Below, one piece after another: positions 12,439 to 25,010 of a stretch of DNA of 64,000 nucleotides (positions within the stretch are counted from its first letter, which is position 1; every line of letters starts with the position of its first letter). The notes under the pieces are model-generated. The model did not search any database, was not told the origin of the DNA, and saw only the letters and a program-made list of their open reading frames with translations. The stretch spans positions 57,102,001 to 57,166,000 of the forward strand of contig NC_042997.1 in the NCBI RefSeq assembly GCF_006345805.1. Direction: 5' to 3'. The stretch comes from Octopus sinensis. Taxonomy: Eukaryota. A program made the translations under genes and the position numbers.

Positions 12439-12625
12439 CACCATCCGAGCGTGGCCGTCCGCCAGCCCCGTCTGGCACCTGTGTCGGTGACACATAAGAA
12501 AACACCATCCGAGCGTGGCCGTCAGCCAGCCTCGTCTGGCACCTGTGTCGGTGGCACATAAAAAACACCATCCGAGCGTGGCCGTCTGCCAGCCTCGTCT
12601 GGCACCTGTGTCGGTGGCACATAAA
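12439..12625 (+). repeat. Three tandem ~60-bp GC-rich units in the LINE 3' UTR
   Basis: caccatccgagcgtggccgtc(n)gccagcc(c/t)cgtctggcacctgtgtcggtg(a/g)cacataa occurs three times, with a divergent unit at ~12345-12400. Confidence 0.95.
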
Positions 12626-15600
12626 ATCACCCACTACACTCTCGGAGTGGTTGGCGTTAGGAAGGGCATCCAGCTGTAGAAACACTGCCAGATCTGACTG
12701 GCCTGGTGCAGCCTTCGGGCTTGCCAGACCCCAGTTGAACCGTCCAACCCATGCTAGCATGGAAAGCGGACGTTAAACGATGATGATGATGATGATGTGG
12801 ATAGCCATCATTATCATCTTTTTACATCTGCTTTCCAATATGTGAATGTACACCACCTATTATTAGGTAAATAAATAGATGCATAGACAGATGGACAGAA
12901 GAGTTTGCAAAATAAAGAGAAAGAAAAAAAGGAGTGCTTTTCTACTTTCTCTATATTTTTTGGTTCATATCTATAATTAATGTAAACAAAATGGTTTACT
13001 TTGAACAAGTGTTATTTGTTGATAAATTATAAAAGAAAAATTGTCTGCTCATATATAGTTCTCCCACATCAATGGCATTACATATATCAGAAAATGTATG
13101 AATAGGACTACATTTAAAAAAAAATAATACTGGTGAAAAGAATGTTGGCAAAGGAAACAAAGTGTATTTGTTATGTATTCTCTAACATAGGAAATAAGGA
13201 AAACAAAACATATTTAATGACCTAGAATAATTTTGCATTATCTGAATAAAATTTTGAAGGTTTTAACAATAACAATGTAATGCAAAGTATATTAAAGATT
13301 GTTTGAAGAATTCTATATAGTAAACTATATAATAGATATATATAAGGGAAAACTCAATAAGAACAAGTTCTGCGAGAGAATTAGCCAGACAGGAAATATA
13401 TTTTTTTAATAATAAATGTAAGAGTTTGAAAAGACACAAATCCAATATATTAAACTGTGATATTATACCTTGTATGACTACCTTCAAAAGAAACTCGAAA
13501 CTACTGTCTTCAGAAGCTGCCAATAAAATTTTATTTGTATTTTATGAAGCTATTGCCTACAGTCTCTGATCTTTCCCTGGAGCCAATTAATTATATATTG
13601 ATTTCATTTGCCAAAAAATCTCTTAGTATAAAATGGAGTCATCTGAAAACTCATTTTTGCTTATTATGCCCTAGAGTAATTAAATTCAATTATGTAACTG
13701 CTACAATGGTATGATTTTAATTAAAACGCACCATTTAGAAAAGCAAGTTACACATCTATTGAGATCAAGCTAATTTTATTACAAATCTGTGAAGGTATAA
13801 CTCAGTTTATTAAAAAATTGAAAATTTAGAAATATATAATGAAAAAGTAAAAAAAGAACCATATTTATGGACAATTTAGAAAAGATGGTAATATTAGCTT
13901 TTAGAATGCAAAGATAGTCTGCTTTAAAGTCAAATTTAGGTTGTAGCTGCATCCATATGTAACTAGGCACAACAGATAAAAGGCACAGCAAAATTGTGGC
14001 TATGATATTACATTTTTAGTAGCTGTAAAGATAAACAGAGAAAGAAAGTGAACTGCTGATTTAAACTGTTTCAACTCTGATAGAAGGCAAGATTGTGGAC
14101 AACTTTTGCTTTGTTAACAGTCAAATTTTGACTGAAGCAAGTGGCAAGACGGATAATTCTTTTTTACTACTTGACACAATTTCATCTTGATATACAAGAT
14201 CTAATTTTTAATCAGTACAAAATATAATGTAGAATTCTTGCTTACTTTAGTTAAAGGAGTTAATTATTTAATCTACAGCAACATTTTGGTCTAGGATGTA
14301 GCACAGTTCTAGTAACAAAGCATGAACTAAGTTAAAAAGCTGATTCCTCTTCCACTCAGATATTGTAGCATTTTTCTCTACTATTAAATTGATTACTAAG
14401 ATATGTAGCTGGGTGAGTTCATAAGTTATAAGATAACCAACTGAGAGGCCAATGTTTCATATCCAAGCTCCATATTATGTCCATAGCCAAAATATTTAGC
14501 ATCTCAAAACTCCTTCTCTGCCTTGATGTAAATAGATATTACAGGAGAGGAGCAACCTATTGTTATTTGCAAGAACTGTAAAATTACCAAGTATTTTGTT
14601 AGTTTGTAGAACTCAACTATTGTGTGTTTAACTTGGATATTGTTAAGCTCTACTAAGGTAATTTACCTTAAATACACTGTATAAATATGAAATCTGCAAT
14701 ATCTTTATAATCCAGTATTGCTGCTGGGAAAGATAGCTGAACAGCTGGTTAAAAGTACTTGGTTATGCTGACAGTTTAACAGCTTCTAGCTGATAATATT
14801 GACATTTAATTGGTTAATAGGCAATAGCTCTGCACTCAGAAATTAGTTTGTTTAGTTGGAGGGTTACCTTGGTATTATTGATTATTATCTGATTATTTAG
14901 ATAACATTTATACTTTAAAAATTCACTGAAAATTTGTTAACCATTTAATCTAGTAAAATGTTATGTTCTTACAGGAGGTAATTAAAAGATAATGAGAAAC
15001 TTCTTCAACTATACTATTATGATATTACCTATATAACAATTTTTTATGACCAAGATAATGTAATAATGCATTTTTTTACTTAGGAATATGGTTAACTTTA
15101 GTTGAGGACCTAAAATGATTTTTCACAACTTTCTAAAAGCAAAGAGAGAGAAATTCTCACTAACACTATTCACAAAATAATCTATCACTGCTATTATTAT
15201 CCACAGAATATCAAAATTATAACATTTTGAAATCAAATTTCATCTTAAGCAAAGCTGTCAGATTTATCTTCTGAGCAGACAAAATAGTGAACTATCAACT
15301 TACAGGTCAACAAGCATTTTGATGTCTCTAGGCTGGACATGTAATTCTACAGTCTACAATTTCCCTAAATAATTGCCAGACATCCTGAGAATGTTAGAGA
15401 CAATGTTATGATGATCTTAAAAAGTGGGATAATTTGTTTCTTTTGTTCAAGCCCTATTCAGTTTTCAGCCTCTCCTACATTCCACTTAACAAAAGGCAAC
15501 TTCATTGTAACTTGAAATAGCTGCACAATGAAAGTGCATGGTAGTTATTGCAAACTTCAGTCTATGGCTGAATGAATAATGAATTTAATACTGGATCAAA

Positions 15601-16783
15601 GACTGAAAATTCATTTCCTACAATTAATTCTAATTTACAACACAAACATAAAACCATAGGTTTTAAGGATGAGTAAAAGTGAAGCTAACATTCATGTCTT
15701 TCTGAAATGCAATATCAGTTTAATTAAAATGTTAAAAAAAAAGCCATTTGTAAACATGATTAATTTTATGGTATACAAGATATTATCAACACTGTAAACC
15801 AAGAGCCAACTAATATATGATCAATACCCCTCTTCATCAATAAAAACTGAACTCACTTACAGGACCTCTGACTACATGTAACTAAAATTCTACGTTTGGA
15901 CTAAATATATTAAAAACTCAGCTATACAATTACACTAATGTGACAAGCTAGATATTCTTCATGGAATGTAATGTTGACAGCAGAAATGTCGAAGATTTTT
16001 TCTTTAAAGTCACAAATATTTGGTACAGAAAAGAAAAGTGTTAAAATATTACACTTTAGGATTCTTTATGGCATTTCTTAGGATAGAAGCAAAAAATAAT
16101 ATGAAATAATTAATTTAATTTATCATGACAAATTAAAAATGACACCTTTGATACTATCCTCCTTAGCCATTATTTATGAGACATGACTCTTAAGCAAAGA
16201 AAAACTAAAACCTGAAAAAAGAGTGGTGGTAGAATTGATAAGATACTGGCCTACAGGCCTGTAGTCAAAACCTGTTACCAATATTTAATTCTTGTCCTGT
16301 CAAAGACAAACTTCAGTTTTAATACATAAGTTAATGTTAACATATCTAATGTCAGGAGCATTATAAAACTAACTAGAGATAATTATGCAATGAGGAAAAA
16401 ATAATATTTATGAATATTATTTTAATCTTTTTTAGCGAGTTTAAGAGACAATTCAAGACTGTTTCAGTCTTATTCTTACCTCATCAATAAAACATATGTT
16501 ACCACACTTATTCAAATTGTGATAAAAGAATTACTAAATAAATATACAAGATTGTATGTTTGCTGGCATTGGAAAATGGAATTACTTAGAAATTAGGTAA
16601 TTAAATAATTCATAACTGCAGGAAAAGGTAAAAATAATATTAAACACTGACTAATGCTTTTGTTCTTTCATTGTTTAATTATTTACACTTGGCTTTCTAA
16701 AACAGTATGCATTTATTTGACCTTTTCAATTTAAATTGTTTAATCTAGCAAACTGTATAATGCAATGTTATGGATTATGAAGT

Positions 16784-16949
16784 GGTGACATGGCTGTGTA
16801 ATAGGATGTTTGCTTCCTAACCATATGGCTTCAGGTTCAGTCCCACTTAGTTGTATCTTGGGCAAGTATCTTGTACAACTTTAGGCTGATTGAAGCTTTT
16901 TGAGTGGATTTTGGAGATGTGAACTGAAAGAAGCCTTTGTGTGTGTGTA

Positions 16950-16982
<33 letters not shown>

Positions 16983-17252
16983 TGATAGATAGATAGATAG
17001 ACAGATAGATACATGTGTGTGTGTGGGGGGAATACTGACTCTATACCTTGATATTGCGTGATAGTTGTATGTGTCACCATTATGCAAAAGGTGTCTATTT
17101 CCAATCTACTGGGAAAACATGTCTGGTCATGGAAAAATATTACTTTACAGGTGAGGGTTGGTGACAGGAATGGCAATTGGCCATAGAAAACCTACTTCAA
17201 TAAATTCCATTTGACCCATGGAAGAGTAAATGTGAAAATGATGATGATGATG
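16784..17252 (+). mobile_element. Composite SINE (type B): tRNA-like head, microsatellite middle, LINE-like tail with (GAT)n
   Basis: Head tggctgtgt..ggttcagtcccac (16834-16844); middle (TG)n(TA)n(GATA)n; tail gggttggtgacaggaatggcaattggccatagaaaac..atgatgatgatg. Homologous to 44381-44757 and 62508-62962. Confidence 0.8.
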
Positions 17253-17779
17253 CAGTGAGGGATCACTGCGGTGATGAGCTTAATTCATTTGAAGATCAAG
17301 TTAAACTCACAGCATGGAAAACTACAATGAGAGAAAAACTATTGGAATCTTTACCATTATTTCTCTTACTATCAATATACTTTCTACATTCCATTTGTAC
17401 AACAGTGTTATGAAAGTCACAGGAGATCCGATGATAACCTTTCTGGTCATTTAAAAAAAAAATTAGATTATATATGAAAAATAAATATGTATTGAAGTAT
17501 GCATTTATTAAACTGTAGATAAAATTTTAAAAAAATTAACATACCTTTTACATCCGTCTGATTATCTTTTTTCCATCTTGGACATTCTATGTATAATTTT
17601 TGATGATTCCCTGACTGAATTTTGAAAAAGAGAGAGAGAGAGAGAGAGAAGGGGGGGGGGCAACGTGTGAAGAAACAATAAGGAAGAAAACCAGTAGATC
17701 ACTTGAGTGAAGGAAAGAATAATAGTTTTATACATAAACATAAAGTAGTCAATTATACTAATTCCAGTACTTGAACGGT

Positions 17780-17900
17780 ATTTATCCTGGAAGGATAAAA
17801 GGTAAAGTTTACTCTGGTGGAATTTGACGAGAACATAAAAGGTGCAATTAAATACTATGAAGCATTTTGCCCACTGTTTTACTGATTCTACCAATTCATC
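17780..17900 (-). mobile_element. Degenerate type A SINE fragment; similar relics at ~24480-24680(-), ~49870-49970(+), ~51770-51900(+), ~53150-53260(-), ~53740-53910(+), ~54340-54400(-), ~57480-57570(-)
   Basis: ggataaaaggtaaagtttactctggtggaatttgac is the reverse complement of the SINE B-box region at 6782-6830. Confidence 0.6.
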
Positions 17901-18332
17901 TTCTTTTCCCATTCTACATGGGAATGTATGTGTTTAGAATAAAATTATTTTTAAATGTCTGAAAGTGTTATGTCCATTATGTTGATGCTAATCAAAATTC
18001 AAATCATAAAATTGAAAATCAACAGACTAACATGATAGTGAAAAGTGCAAAACCTAAGTGAAGGTGTGTATAAATTGGATGTGAATATTTTGGATGTACT
18101 ATTGATATAGTTTTATATTAGTCCTTGCTATTTCACAATTTCTGGTTTATAACATTATAGCATTTAAACGTTTTCTTTTTATAATATGTTAAATTTACTT
18201 TATTATTTGTTCAATATAATTTATTTCAATGATGAATTTTTTCAGGATTATTCTTAAAGGTATTATACATATCAAAAGAAAATGTAAACTACAAAGTATT
18301 ATATATGCATTACTTAGTCTTAACATATTTAA

Positions 18333-20333
18333 CCCTTTTAAAATGGTTGACATAAATTTACACATGCAACGTACATGCTTTAAATTGGTTGACATAATTA
18401 TACACTGCCTGACTGAGAACCTATTGCCATATTAGTGGTCCATCTGCCAACAAATAGGCCGATTAGATGAAAATATTTACAACCTGATAGGCTGGTCATG
18501 CCACTCCGACTGTCAACTTTGTTATTGTGTCCTGTTTAGTCAAATTTATGGTCATGGTGTCCTACCACTCCAGCTCCATCAACTTTGTTGTCGCGTCCCC
18601 TTTAGTTGAATTTATGGTTATCGCACCCTACCACTTTGACTCCGTCAACTTCCTCGTCACACCCTGTTTTATTGAATTTATGGTCATCACGCCAAGCTAC
18701 ACCAAGGTCCACCACCTCACCAGTTGTTTCTTCCGGTTCAGACGATGACCCAGAGAGTGAGTATTTTCCTAATTCAGAATCAGATGATTCCAATAGCGAT
18801 GATGATATTCTGGTTAATCAAAGGTACAGTGAATGGCCCTGGACAACAGAATGTCATGTGACGAACGAGAGGCAATTTCATCTGATGGCATGGATTTACT
18901 AGTATGCCTGGCATAAAGGCAAACCTTGGACATGGAAGTTCGCCATTGGAAATCTTTCACAAGTTTTTGACAGATGAAATGTTCCAATATATAGTGAATG
19001 AAATGAATGACTATGCTGAAAACCACCCCCAGCATGTCAGACCTGGGCATGGCAATGATTGGTTTCCAACCACAGGGGACAAAATCAAAGTTCTTCTGAT
19101 ACTAATGGGCATCGTAAAGAAACCAACCCTGGTGTCATATTGGAATCAGGATCCAGCCACATTGACACCTTTCTTTCCAGAAAAGATGCCACATGATCAA
19201 TTTTTGGTGCTTCTTCGAAATGTGCATTTCAACTTGGGTGAGAACCAGGATGACAGGCTGCACAAAATACGCCCTATCATTGATGAAGTAGCTGAAAGTT
19301 TCAGAACAGTGTATGTCCCCACACAGGACATTTATACAGATGAGAGTTTGTGGAAATTCAAGGGAAGGCTCTGATTCAAACAATACAACCTGACCAAACA
19401 TGCCTGCTCTGGAGTTAAGGTTTATAAAGTATGCCAAGTCAACTGGCTGAGCCTGTGGGTACACATGGAATTACAAAATCTACACTTGTCAGGACAGATT
19501 GGATCTTCCAGTGTCTACTCTAGTGTCAACTGATGTATTGTCACAGAATGAAAACTTGTTTGACAAAGGCTACAATATTTATATGAATGACTGGTTTTCC
19601 AGTCCAGACTTCTTCCTGCAGCTGAAGCAAGGAGGACTAATGCCTATGGGACTGTGAGGACACATAGGAAAAACATGCCACCCAATCTTCACAAGATAAA
19701 ACATCAAAAGGGAGAAACAGCATACCAATGCACCAGCATTTTTATTCTAGTGTGGCGTGACAAGAAAAACGTCTGCATGTTATCCACAATGCATTCTGCA
19801 AGCATGAAGGACACTAGAAAAGAAGATGTGGAATAATGTCATAATGAAACCTAGTGTAGTTGTTTCATACAATGAAGGGATGGGCAGGGGTTGATTGCTC
19901 AGATCAGCTGGTGATGACACACAAATCAGTGAGAAAATTTGTGAAATGGTACAAAGAAATTTTCTTGTATATAGTTGATGTGTGTCATGAACTTGTGTTT
20001 GATTTGGCAGATGCTTGGCGGTGTGGGGGATGGATTGTCATTCAGGACTCTGTAGCTCCATGAAATGATAGAAGCATCAAACCTGCCAAAAGTACAGAAT
20101 GCGTGGACATCCCCACACCAGACTCTCTCTTCACTGCATGGTGAAGAGACGTGGACATATTCCAAGACTGTTTCCCCTTAACGTCAAGAAGATAAACGTT
20201 TCAAGGATATGCACAGTATGTGAAGTAAAAGGGAAAGTAGACACCATTGTTCACAATGTGATATGCCAGTGTGTGTGATTACTATCAATGCAACCAAATT
20301 GCTTGATAAAAAAAAACAACCATTGTCATGGGG
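18333..20333 (+). mobile_element. Full-length decayed piggyBac DNA transposon (2001 bp)
   Basis: TTAA at 18329-18332 and 20334-20337. TIRs CCCTTTTAAAATGGTTG vs CCCCATGACAATGGTTG match at 13/17 positions. Internal transposase relics are present. Confidence 0.85.
18700..20270 (+). pseudogene. piggyBac (PGBD-like, DDE_Tnp_1_7-type) transposase pseudogene
   Basis: Acidic N-terminus (SDDDPESEYFPNSESDDSNSDDD); SPLEIFHKFLTDEM, MGIVKKPTLVSYW, DRLHKIRPIID, IYTDESLWKFKGRL, GTVRTHRKNMP, WRDKKNVCMLSTMH, GVDCSDQL, KWYKEIFLY; Cys-rich C-terminal relic; several stops and frameshifts. Confidence 0.92.
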
Positions 20334-21718
20334 TTAATGCTGGGAGCATTAAAAAGCTAACTAGAAATAGATATGCAAGAATAAAAAAAATGTATGGCAA
20401 TCTAAAATTAAATAGTTTTGATTTTCTCAGGAAGTACAGGTAACAAATCCAGACATGTTTAAAAATAATCAGGCTTCATCAGTGAAACATTGCTTCCAAT
20501 ATATTTGCCAAAGTAGTTATGAATTAAAAATAACAAGACAGTACATTTATTGGTGTAAGAAAATAGAACTGTTCAGAGATTATGCCAGGTGAGACAAGTC
20601 CAAATGTTTTAGCTTACTCAGATCTCTTCAGCAAAAACAGTCTTCACCATATTTTGCCAAGTAACAAGGCAGTCAGTTATTGGTATAGAAAATAGAATTG
20701 TTTAGAAATAGAGAAAGTGAGACATGAAAGCAATAGGTAAGACTGTGCTTAAATGATGTTTAGGGCATTAACAGTTTAACTTGAGATGAATATGTAGTGA
20801 GAAAAAATTAGACAGACAAACAGATAGGTAAAGTCAATGCCTAATGTTTTCATTTTCTGGCAAGGAAGAGCAATAACTCATGCCATATTTTGGTCTTTTT
20901 TTTTGACCTCATCAGTAAATCATAGCCTTTGATGTACTTACTCAAATATTGATAAATGATTAAGTAAATATACAATATTGTACATTGAAGATGTAAAGAA
21001 AGAGATCGAATAATATTAATATAAAAAGATATTAGTCATTGACTAATAATGTACTTGTTATTTTTCCTCTCACCACATTTTTTCATCAAGTTAGCTTTTC
21101 AATACCTTTGTATTAAATAATGCTAGCAATAACTTACTCATTGTTTTTCAAGCAGATAGTGTCATTGAATTATTTAATCTCTTTGCATACATAGTTTGTT
21201 TGAATATGTGTATATGTATTCAGTTGATACAATCAGTTAATAATGAGAGCGTTCTATTGACAGAGAAAAAACAGGTTTCTCTAGCTACAGTGTTCTAAGT
21301 AAATATGCATTTAGGTTTCTCAAACTACATTGTTCTAAATAAATATGCATTTGTGAACAATAGCATCAGCAGACCTTATCTGAAAGCGATGTTCAATGAG
21401 CCAATGAATTGTTTGACATACAATCTCTTAACTACATCTGGTCAAACATATCTAACACCAAAAAATATAGTAATAAAGGTATAAAATTTAAATATGAAAA
21501 TTATTTTGTACTTTAGTGCTTTTTTAATGTTATATTATTTCATTATATTGTCACCACAACTCTGTATTATTCAAATTACTTCCATGTAGTTATCATGCTG
21601 TTTGCTACTTTGCATTATGTTATGTATTTCGTGTTTGGGGGAATATCATTAGTTGTTTGAAGTAAATTAAAAGGTATTTTCATTCTAGCCTAAACCTGTT
21701 TCAATTTAATTTACTCCA

Positions 21719-22520
21719 ATGGATAAGATTCTAAAACAGGATATTTTCAACACTGACCAGAACACTAACAACATGGCCCAAAAATTGTGATATTGGTCTA
21801 TCAGCTATTGAAGACAAGAAATTCAACAAACTTTATGTGCTAATTAATTATATCTTGCCACTCGTTTTCAAATGTATACCCAAATCTACCCATGAGGTCA
21901 CTATTGACATATTTCAAAGTATATATGTCAAACTGAAATATGAAAACTTCTCAAAAAAATCAGAAACAAAAAATCATCAATGAATCTTTAGACCAATACT
22001 TATGGAACTTCAAACTTTTAAGCCAAGACTGAAACTTTCAACCCTTGACAGCTGAAAAGTCCCAGATCGACTATGTTAGGGACACCTTTGTTAATGGCAT
22101 ATGTTCAAAATGCATTTGCCAAGGCTTCTCACTTAGAAACCACATCTTATTTAGAAACCACATTTCAACTGGTCAAAAATACTAGAAATTACACAAAACC
22201 AGTTGAGGGACTTTCCAACCAACATAGCAATCAAACTTATGCCCACCTTGAAGAGGAAGCAGAGATAACTGACTCAAATCGTACAACCACAGCTATTTTA
22301 TGGCTTAGGGGTATCTTTTGTAGCCTTATTAGGCACTCTAGAAATAAGTGCCTACCCAAAGAAACAAGATGCAGCCTGTACAATAAAATAGTGAACTCCT
22401 CCTAAGTAAGAGACCTACATCAGTTACAACCTTTCTCATAACTATATCTGTCATTTCTCCATCATGTCCAACAACTGCAAGCATAGAGTTATAAGTGATC
22501 TTACTCTTGGCTCTTACAAG
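21719..22520 (+). mobile_element. Ty3/Gypsy LTR-retrotransposon gag relic
   Basis: MDKILKQDIF.., FQPLTAEKSQIDYVRDTFVNGICSKCICQG, and a zinc-knuckle relic ..FC..IRHSRNKCLPKETRCSLYNK; frameshifted. Confidence 0.65.
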
Positions 22521-24153
22521 TATCACAAAGTATGACTTATAGCCCTAAATGATTTATACTTAAGTTAGAGTAACCTGCATTATTCATGATTTCTTACAAT
22601 GCTGTTTTTCAATAAAGTAATGTTATCATTTATATCAAATTACTTTGTATAATCAAGTTTAATCCCACAACACATGTATTGGCTTTAGTGTAGGGCAACT
22701 AGCCTAACTTACTATACATTAAATTACCAAATTAATGTGTTGTATATGTCAAGACTTTAGAAAAGAGGTGATGTTAGCAAGTCTCTGTTGTTTTTCAAAA
22801 TCCATCCTTTAATTGTATTTGACATTGATCACACTGCATTGTCATAGCTGATATGTTACTTGTTATTTGGAGAAGTGCATACTATGTACAGTAGTAAGGA
22901 AGTTTCTGAATGAGTTCAGTCTCAAGTAAGCTGTTTATGATGTTGTTAATACAAAAGTAGGAATTATGAAGTCATTCAATAAAACAAAAGATCATGAATC
23001 TGCAACACATCCATGAAGATTGATATTCTACATCATTCCTGCTACAGGGATTTGACACCTCTGTAACAAGAACACTGTTACACATATTCCACAATCCTGC
23101 AAGGGAAAACTATTACTCTGTGCAAGGTTGTTGCTTTTCTTGAATTACATGGCATTAAAAAAGTAAAACTAAAAAAGAATGTTCTCAGTTTCAAAATGAC
23201 ATAGAAGATAAGCAGAGCAAACATAGCAATTACCCAAAGATTTCTGAAGCCATATAGAATTATATCCAGAATTATAACAGAGCAAGATGAGCATAAAAAA
23301 TATCAAAAATCATCTCTCACCATTGCAATGATACATAAAATGCCAGGAATGGCATCTAGTATAAACAATTTATTAATATAGCAATTAGTATTATTAATAG
23401 TTGCCCTATTAATATGTTAATATAGCAATAACCTAGTGTTTGCTATACGAGGTCATTAACATGAATTTAATATAAACTTTAGCTTTTCCAGAAGTGACAC
23501 CAAAAACAGCAGAGATAGCTCATTGTAAAGCTAGTACACAGCAACATATGGCTGAGCATGAATTTTGAATTTTGTATAAGGCTGATGTATTCAATGTGGA
23601 AATCCATGAAATGACTTAAGAAGCTATGGGAGGTGGCTATGACACAATGGTGATTGCATTTGACTGTAGAAAAACTTACCACTAACTGAAGTTGACTTGG
23701 AATATTATAAGGGACAGCTTTGGAGTCATAATTTTGGCATCCATGAAATGAAAGTGCTTTAATGCATCTGTAATAATATTTTGCTGGAAAAGGTCCCAGT
23801 AAAATAATATACTTGAATTTGTACATCTTGTTGCTCTGTATATTCTGTGACAGGTAGTTTCAGAAAATATTTCAGTTTAAGGAATATTTATTAAAAATAG
23901 GGAAATAGTTTCTATTTTGAGGAAAAGATTTAGCATTTACCAGCTAGAAACTTTTTCCAGAAGCTAATGCATGTGTGTGCATGAACATGCACATAAATAA
24001 AGATTTTTTATCAATTAATCTTTAAAAATTGTTTTGATACTAGAAACAAACAAAAAATTTTATAAATGAACAAAAGAAAAAGACAAATATTGTTGACAAA
24101 TTTTGGGAGGATATTTGCATATTTCATGCAATGAAATATTTTGTGTGAGAATG

Positions 24154-24551
24154 TTTATTTGTGTGTATGTGTGTATTACAGATTTTACAGGTTAGGAAAT
24201 TAAAATTTAAATGAGAAAACATTGAAATAATAATAATAGCTTCTTAATTTTAATGAAAATTGAGACAAAAATATTTAAATATTCACAAATAAATTTTAGA
24301 TTTTGGATTTTGAAAATATGAGATAATTGAGCAGATGTTAATAACAATAATAATTTATTAGTTTGGTATAAAGCCAAAAACTTTTGGGAGAGTTATGGTG
24401 GATTGAATTAATCCAAATACATAATTAATATAATATTAATAATAATTTAATAATAATAATGGTATCTTACATTGACATCAGGCCACAAATGTATAGGGAA
24501 AGGGTCTAGTTAATTGGATTCCCCAAGTATATGATTGGTGTATGTTTTATT
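24154..24551 (-). promoter_or_regulatory. Candidate polyadenylation hexamers for the NCS mRNA (AATAAA on minus strand at 24551-24546, 24359-24354, 24159-24154)
   Basis: The hexamers lie ~460-860 nt downstream of the stop codon. The sequence is very AT-rich, so chance occurrence is likely and usage is unknown. Confidence 0.25.
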
Positions 24552-25010
24552 AATCTCAGAGGAATAAAAGGCAAAGTTGATCCTGGCTGGATATGAAATG
24601 ACAGTGTAAGTGGACAAAAAACAAATACCCTAGGGTATTTAGTATGGCACTCTACTGCTTTGGCCAGGCACTGTCCTAATAATAATAATAATAATTATTA
24701 TTATTATTTCTTTAATTTCTAACTTTCACTGAGAAAAATATTGTTACTTTGTTAGGTATGATGAAGAGCTTATGATGGTTATATACAGTAAAATGGAATG
24801 TTAAGAACAAAGTTATTTTCTTATCATACAATGAAGAGTGTTAGAAACAATTATTATACAATGAAGAGTGTTAAGCCCAAAACATAGAGGCATCATTATT
24901 GTTTCCTTGTACAGTTATTGGATTAAGATGGTGCTGTTCTTCAGACATTATGAAAAAACCCATCAATTATGGAAATAATACTGTCCACTATATGATATAC
25001 ATCAGTGGCA

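Larger units (their letters stand above)
11292..12797 (+). mobile_element. Young 5'-truncated RTE-clade LINE (end of RT, PHD-like finger, C-terminus, 3' UTR, (GAT)n tail)
   Basis: Uninterrupted frame 11292-12170: LESRGLRVNLAKTKV..., LEVVDSFRYLGDQV, LYDACVRTAMLHGSETW, ERRLCWYGHV, GRGRPRKTW. The 3' UTR has (GAATC/AAATC)n, ~60-bp tandem units, a 14-bp palindrome and a (GAT)n tail. Confidence 0.95.

Noticed and set aside
12439-12625. CRISPR-like array
   Set aside because: The units are contiguous with no unique spacers, there are no cas genes, and the context is eukaryotic.
12307-12760. Repetitive minus-strand ORFs (MCHRHRCQTRLADGHARMVF repeats) as a novel repeat protein
   Set aside because: They are antisense translations of the ~60-bp tandem units in the LINE 3' UTR.
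13263-13523. 86-aa ORF starting MAASEDSS as a small gene
   Set aside because: No recognisable domain or splice context, and its composition is typical of AT-rich non-coding frames.
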